From the NCBI GenBank assembly GCA_030141605.1, contig JAQGDQ010000869.1, positions 1 through 64,000 of the forward strand: DNA of 64,000 bases. The letters are read 5' to 3'. Below, piece by piece: positions 58,573 to 64,000 of this stretch. The notes below the pieces were generated by a model, which was given only the letters and a program-made list of their open reading frames with translations, did no database searches and was not told where the DNA came from. Position numbers and translations under genes: made by a program. Origin of the DNA: Tubiluchus corallicola (taxonomy: Eukaryota; Animalia; Priapulida). Within the stretch, counting starts at the first letter, position 1. Every line of letters starts with the position of its first letter.

Positions 58573-61500
58573 GTAAATTTTCAATTTTTTGCTGGAAGAA
58601 GTCTGGCGCCTCTTCTTACCTGTAACCTTAAAGGAAGACAGGATGATTTTTCATATACTATCCCATTTTCAAGTCGGATAAAAAGTATACATTTTAACAC
58701 GATTAATACTGTAAAAGCGTTTCTGATAATTAAATAATAGATTGAAAACTTAACTAACGGCAGGCGAGCCCAGCTATTGATGACATCACAAACTAACATA
58801 ATTTTCAACAGCAAAAATATTCCATGAGCGTGTTGCACGTGTTTGCGGAAGCGAAAATTGAAGTACAGTGCTACTGTAAGATATTCAGCGTGTTGTACTA
58901 AAACTAGGCAAATTTTAAGATAAAAAGTTCAATTTTCAAATTTACTGCTGTAATCATTTGTCATAAACTAACACATCTGAACTGGAAGGTATGGCAGCCA
59001 TTTTTTATGCAGGCGCTAGTGCCCGTCTAACTAGCAAATGGCGAAATGCATGTAACAGCGAAGAATTAGTGGCGCGAACATGAAATTGTGTTTGTGTGGT
59101 AATAATTCTTTCCTTTCAATGTTTTAAAGAGTAGATTGTTTTGACCTGCAGTTTAAGATTGGATCCGGCCTTGCTTTAAAACCATTCTGTAGATAATTGA
59201 AATCGTCAATGCGGTTTCCATTACAGGAAAAGGAGGATGGAAAACAGCTCAGCCTGCAGCAGGAAGAAGAGAAGAAACTCCCAGAGTTGATCTTTCCCGG
59301 AAAGTTCGAATACGTCCATCAGTCGAGCGAGTGCAACTTCATTTGCTATGAGATTTTGTGGTAAGTGTTCGTGACATAGCAGTCCCTGTTTTCCATGGTA
59401 GAGCTATTGTATTCATTACAAAATCCATTATTAATAGTAATTTATTAGTATTATTATTGCAGAATTGTATTATTGCTTGAAAGTTTGCACACTACTCATT
59501 TAAAGGGGAAGAAAAGGAATCTTAAAGTACAGTGTGTCCCAAAAAACTTACGAAATTAAGAAGTTACGACGAACTGTCTTATACGAAGTTATATTGCTTA
59601 ACATTATGCTTACCCCAGTTTGAAAAACTTGTGATTGGAAAAGAAAATTCTTAGTCATTTGAAATGTTCGCAACATCGGGTTAAATGGCAGTGAATTACC
59701 ATCCCAGTGTGCACCACTGGCTCACCAAAAAACACATTATTGATTTTATTGACAAAATAAAGTACTTTAAACTTTTGCTTTATTGTGTGCTACGAATGCT
59801 CTGATTATTTTTTCCAACAAAATACAATGTGATCTAATGCTATTTCAATTAACTTACCATTAAAATGGTAATTAATGTCATTTAAACTTCAATTTTCAAT
59901 TGTACTAAATGCAGTTACGTCGGAACAATTTAATTAATTGTTCCTTAATTTGTTTTGGGTTTAGCAAACTTTTTGACTATCGATAAAAATTGATTAGCAT
60001 GGTATAGTTTCTTAACTCTACAGCATAACATAGTTAATGTTTGTTTACGACAGGGGTGTGCAAATTATCTGACTAGCCGGGCCACATTAAACATTCCCGC
60101 AATTCCTGTGGGCCACATGCAGTTTGGTCAAGGAGCCAAGTACAGTAGGACCTAATAACGATTTTTTTGCATGTGATTTGCGCACATCATTACTACTGCA
60201 CTACTACACTCAAGAAACTATTTTAGAAGTTATTAAAACTTATATTAAAAACCATATATTTCGTCATGTCCGACAGTGACATTAAGTGACAATGGTCTTG
60301 TAAGGGTTAATGCCATCCGATCTAGAGGAAAAAACTACCCGCACTGTCTTTGCGATATTGGCGCAGACTTCAGCTGGATCGCGTGGGCCGCACAAGATCT
60401 CTCGGCGTGCCGCAAGTGGCCCGCGGGCCGCAGTTTGCACACCCCTGGTTTACGATATTCCTGCAGTGCTGCAGCTGCTGATTAAGTGTGAACTGATAGT
60501 TACAATGTTTTCGTTACACAGGGATCGTCCGGAAGCGAACCCCAGCAAGGTGACTCATGTAGGCCTCGATATCGAATGGGCCGTGACGTACGAAGCCAGC
60601 CGTGAAAGTCCGACGGCCGTCCTTCAGTTGTGCATCGACAGACCTCTTACTTGTTATGTCTTTCACTTGTCGTGTATGAAAGGTGAGCGGATCGTGTGAT
60701 TTGATCATCACATAAATTAAACAATTTTAGCATCGTGATGTGACTTTGTTCTATAAATTTGCTTAACGTATTTTAATTGGTCGACATTTATACTAAATTG
60801 GCCAATCAGAATAAAGAGCAATTTTGTATGACGTGCGTGCTAATGATAGTGGTTGGCGTCCTTCTGTCTCGGAAGACAATGGAGTGTGCGCCAAGAGAGT
60901 CAGTTATTGATCACATTGATGGAGCTGCAGCGTCGACTGTGGCTGAGCAGTGCGATCCTTGAACCACTGGAGTGGCCTCTCCAGGGCGCACGCCTGGGCA
61001 AGGTGTATGGAGATCCTGAGTTGCCCAAACAACAGGAACCTCCTCTCTTCCTCCCTGGTGTAGTCCAAAGGAAAGCGGAGCGATACGTTTGGCACCACGT
61101 TGGCTGCAGGAGCTGCCAGAGTCAGTGAGCATGCTGCACTGATCCGCCTTCGGGGCTCCACTCCTGATTTGGAAGGTTTACTCCTCTACACATGGCCATT
61201 GGGTCGCTTGACCTCCTCCGCCCCCTAGCCGTTGACTGCTTGTGCAGTTCCTCCACCTAGTGTCGCGATACAGTGTGGGCACCCGCAAGCCTACAGCATC
61301 TGGCATTCCTAGGCGGTCACCCATCCAAGTACTAACCAGGCTCTACGTTACTCAACTTCGGTGATCAGACGAGAACCAGTGTTTTCAACGTGATTTGGCT
61401 ATAGTCTTGGTATGATAGTATTGACACTATAACTTGTTTGAAGAATGTACACACATTTTCAATTTAGATTAATTTTAAAATGACTAATTTGCGAATGTGA

Positions 61501-63911
61501 GCTGCTGTGACTTGAAAATTTTTTGCTTTTGTTGCCGAAACATTTTTAAAGTCCTCGTACAACGTTTGCATGTCAACTTTCTTTAGCTGGGAGGTGAGTG
61601 TCTAATTTCACTGTTTAATATTTTCAGGTTTCCCTTCGGAACTAAAAACTTTACTCGAATGTGAAAGAATAATTAAAGTTGGAGTCGGAATTCAGGGGTA
61701 AGCGGGCTTATATCGGCTTAATATCATAAAAATCTGATTATTAGCAGCCACTTTGTGGTGCTAGTGTCCTAAAATTCCTTGACAAAAGTGCAAATTACAA
61801 AGCAAAATTAATCCAAACTTGTGAAGCGTCTAAAGATGTTTCTTTCCAAGATGTTTAGTTTTTCCAAGATGGACAAATTGTTTCGGAAATCCATTTTTTC
61901 TAGAAGGTATTTGTGCTATTTTTGGGAAATTAGGGTGAAGGAGGTTCACAAAAATGCTCATAGTCCTTCCAAGAAACCAAACTGTGTACCTTGTGCTGAA
62001 TGCCTCATGTAGCATCTCTTGCAATCTTATTCTCAAAATCTTAGTTGTATAAGTTTTGAAAAAATGGGCAAGAATGGCAATTTTTAGAGGTTATAGTTCC
62101 TCCCAGAAGTCCCGAATTGAAAAATAAACCTCATATGGGACTGGAGGAGACCGAGATGGTTCGATCGATGTGCCATTTGTGACAAATGATTCAGTAGTTA
62201 TTGCAAAAATGGTGTATTGTACAAATATACATACATCCACAAATAAAATATACCTGGAGCATAAAGTTGCAATTGTGAATGTATTACGTATGTTATACGA
62301 GTGCTCGTGTAAAACAATGCTATCATGTTTTGATTGTCTGCAAGCTGTGCAGTACATTGTACAATCACAATAATATTATTGTCAATGTGTGTATATGTAT
62401 ATATGTGTATGTACACACATTGACAATAGTATTATTGTGATTGTACATTGCACTGCACAGCATTACTAATATATAAATATATATATATATTGGTAATATT
62501 GTTATTATATGTACACACGCATGCATGCAACACACACACACACATATATATTTAGTGAAGCAGCAGACCTACAGCTTATTATGTAAACAAAACATTTCTA
62601 ATAAAGATGATTGATTTTGAGTGAGCTTTTAATTCAGAAATGATTGACTTAATAATTTTCTTTTAATAATGAACATTTAGAGTGAAATTTGAGGACCCTA
62701 ATCTGTCTACACTTGTTTGACTGTTTTGTGATTCATCTCTGGCACAATTTAACACACCTCATTATAACGCTGAACTCGCTGTAACGCCAACTATTTTCTG
62801 GCTACAAAGTGGGCAGTATAAAAAGATTTGACTGAGTGTAGATTGGTGGTATTCGTAACAGTGGATGAAAATTCATGTCATTCATGCTGCAGGTATAAAA
62901 AGATTTGACTGTGTGTGTGTAGATTGGTGGTATTTGTAACAGTGGATGAAAATTCATGTCATTCATGCTGCAGGGATAAAAAGATTTGACTGTGTGTGTG
63001 TAGATTGGTGGTATTTGTAACAGTGGATGAAAATTCATGTCATTCATGCTGCAGGTATAAAAAGATTTGACTGTGTGTGTGTAGATTGGTGGTATTTGTA
63101 ACAGTGGATGAAAATTCATGTCATTCATGCTGCAGGGATAAAAAGATTTGACTGTGTGTGTGTAGATTGGTGGTATTTGTAACAGTGGATGAAAATTCAT
63201 GTCATTCATGCTGCAGGTATAAAAAGATTTGACTGTGTGTGTGTAGATTGGTGGTATTTGTAACAGTGGATGAAAATTCATGTCATTCATGCTGCAGGGA
63301 TAAAAAGATTTGACTGTGTGTGTAGATTGGTGGTATTTGTAACAGTGGATGAAAATTCGTGTCATTCATGCTGCAGGTATAAAAAGATTTGACTGTGTGT
63401 GTAGATTGGTGGTATTTGTAACAGTGGATGAAAATTCATGTGATTTATGCTGCAGGTATAAAAAGATTTGACTGTGTGTGTAGATTGGTGGTATTTGTAA
63501 CAGTGGATGAAAATTCGTGTCATTTATGCTGCAGGTATAAAAAGATTTGACTGTGTGTGTAGATTGGTGGTATTTGTAACAGTGGATGAAAATTCATGTC
63601 ATTTATGCTGCAGGTATAAAAAGATTTGACTGTGTGTGTAGATTGGTGGTATTTGTAACAGTGGATGAAAATTCGTGTCATTCATGCTGCAGGTATAAAA
63701 AGATTTGACTGTGTGTAGATTGGTGGTATTTGTAACAGTGGATGAAAATTCAGGTCATTTATGCTGCAGGGACTTGCAGAAGCTTGAAAGGGATTATGGG
63801 ATATCGTCTACAAGTATAATCGACAAAAGCGTGGTAGATCTAAGCAAGTTTGCCAATTCCATACTCCACTGCTGCGAAACGTGGAGCTTAGATGGACTCT
63901 GCAAACACGTG
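58516..63911 (+). CDS. WRN: Werner syndrome protein WRN (or WRN-exonuclease), 5' part; exons 58516-58572, 59227-59360, 60522-60682, 61628-61697, 63770-63911; continues beyond window end
   Basis: The spliced translation reads RKRKLPAW...LPELIFPG...VGLDIEW...AVLQLC...CYVFHL...FPSELKTLLE...KVGVGIQG|DLQKLERDY...ETWSLDGLCKHV. DEDD exonuclease motifs ExoI (DxE) and ExoII (D) are intact. Introns are GT-AG with phases 0,2,1,2. Whether a helicase domain follows cannot be seen in this window. Confidence 0.9.
58632..59175 (+). mobile_element. Kolobok/T2-like MITE in the first WRN coding intron
   Basis: Ends TTAA|aggaagacaggat and atccggccttgct|TTAA. Confidence 0.78.
59227..59360 (+). CDS. WRN: WRN coding exon 2
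   Basis: KLPELIFPGKFEYVHQSSECNFICYEIL; ttacag acceptor, gtaagt donor. Confidence 0.88.
60051..60447. mobile_element. hAT (Charlie/Buster-type) MITE in a WRN intron
   Basis: TIRs caggggtgtgcaaa / tttgcacacccctg; perfect 8-bp TSD gtttacga. Confidence 0.9.
60522..60682 (+). CDS. WRN: WRN coding exon 3 (ExoI motif)
   Basis: VGLDIEW...AVLQLC...CYVFHLSCMK; acacag acceptor, gtgagc donor. Confidence 0.92.
60851..61411 (-). mobile_element. Full-length copy of the same 5S-derived SINE, in a WRN intron
   Basis: 5S head at about 61287-61406, the same body and a (ccaa) tail. Flanked by the direct repeat atgatagt (60843-60850 and 61412-61419). Confidence 0.88.
61628..61697 (+). CDS. WRN: WRN coding exon 4
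   Basis: FPSELKTLLECERIIKVGVGIQG; ttttcag acceptor, gtaagc donor. Confidence 0.92.
62812..63769. repeat. 77-81-bp minisatellite, about 12 copies, ending at the WRN exon acceptor
   Basis: Unit gcaggtataaaaagatttgactgtgtgtgtgtagattggtggtatttgtaacagtggatgaaaattcatgtcattcatgct. Confidence 0.96.
63770..63911 (+). CDS. WRN: WRN coding exon 5
   Basis: DLQKLERDYG...ETWSLDGLCKHV; ctgcag acceptor, gtaaca donor. Confidence 0.9.
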
Positions 63912-64000
63912 GTAACAAATATTATCATATATTAGATACAGTTGTTTGCGTTTACGATCCATATTTTCACGGACGTTAGTCACGATGACAAGTTGATTTT

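Noticed and set aside
62802-63365. 187-aa repeat ORF on the minus strand
   Set aside because: Product of the 81-bp (27-codon) minisatellite.

Overview
AT-rich, repeat-dense genomic DNA from an invertebrate animal; this is a spliced eukaryotic locus, not a prokaryotic one. I reconstructed five protein-coding genes by hand from GT-AG exons with consistent phases. (1) The 5' part of a KIF19-like kinesin-8, minus strand, 5 exons from 28418 to 164, running off the window. (2) An intronless, probably GPI-anchored chymotrypsin-type serine protease (6580-7623, +) nested antisense in a KIF19 intron. (3) BRI3, minus strand, 4 exons, 140 aa. (4) HTATIP2/TIP30, plus strand, 5 exons. (5) The N-terminal Ku-binding motif and 3'-5' exonuclease exons of WRN, plus strand, running off the window. 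Nearly all other ORFs in the track are artefacts of micro/minisatellites. Introns and spacers hold hAT, Tc1/pogo and Kolobok-like MITEs, LINE tails, SINEs and many minisatellites. The most striking signals are: a TSD-flanked non-autonomous RTE element whose 5' end falls exactly on a twister-ribozyme cleavage site; a 5S-rRNA-headed SINE with a bipartite RTE body; a satellite built from a 60-bp mini-hAT; and minisatellites that have amplified functional signals (a WRN 3' splice site, CTCF-like motifs, poly(A) signals). Family assignments come from recalled motifs, not database searches.
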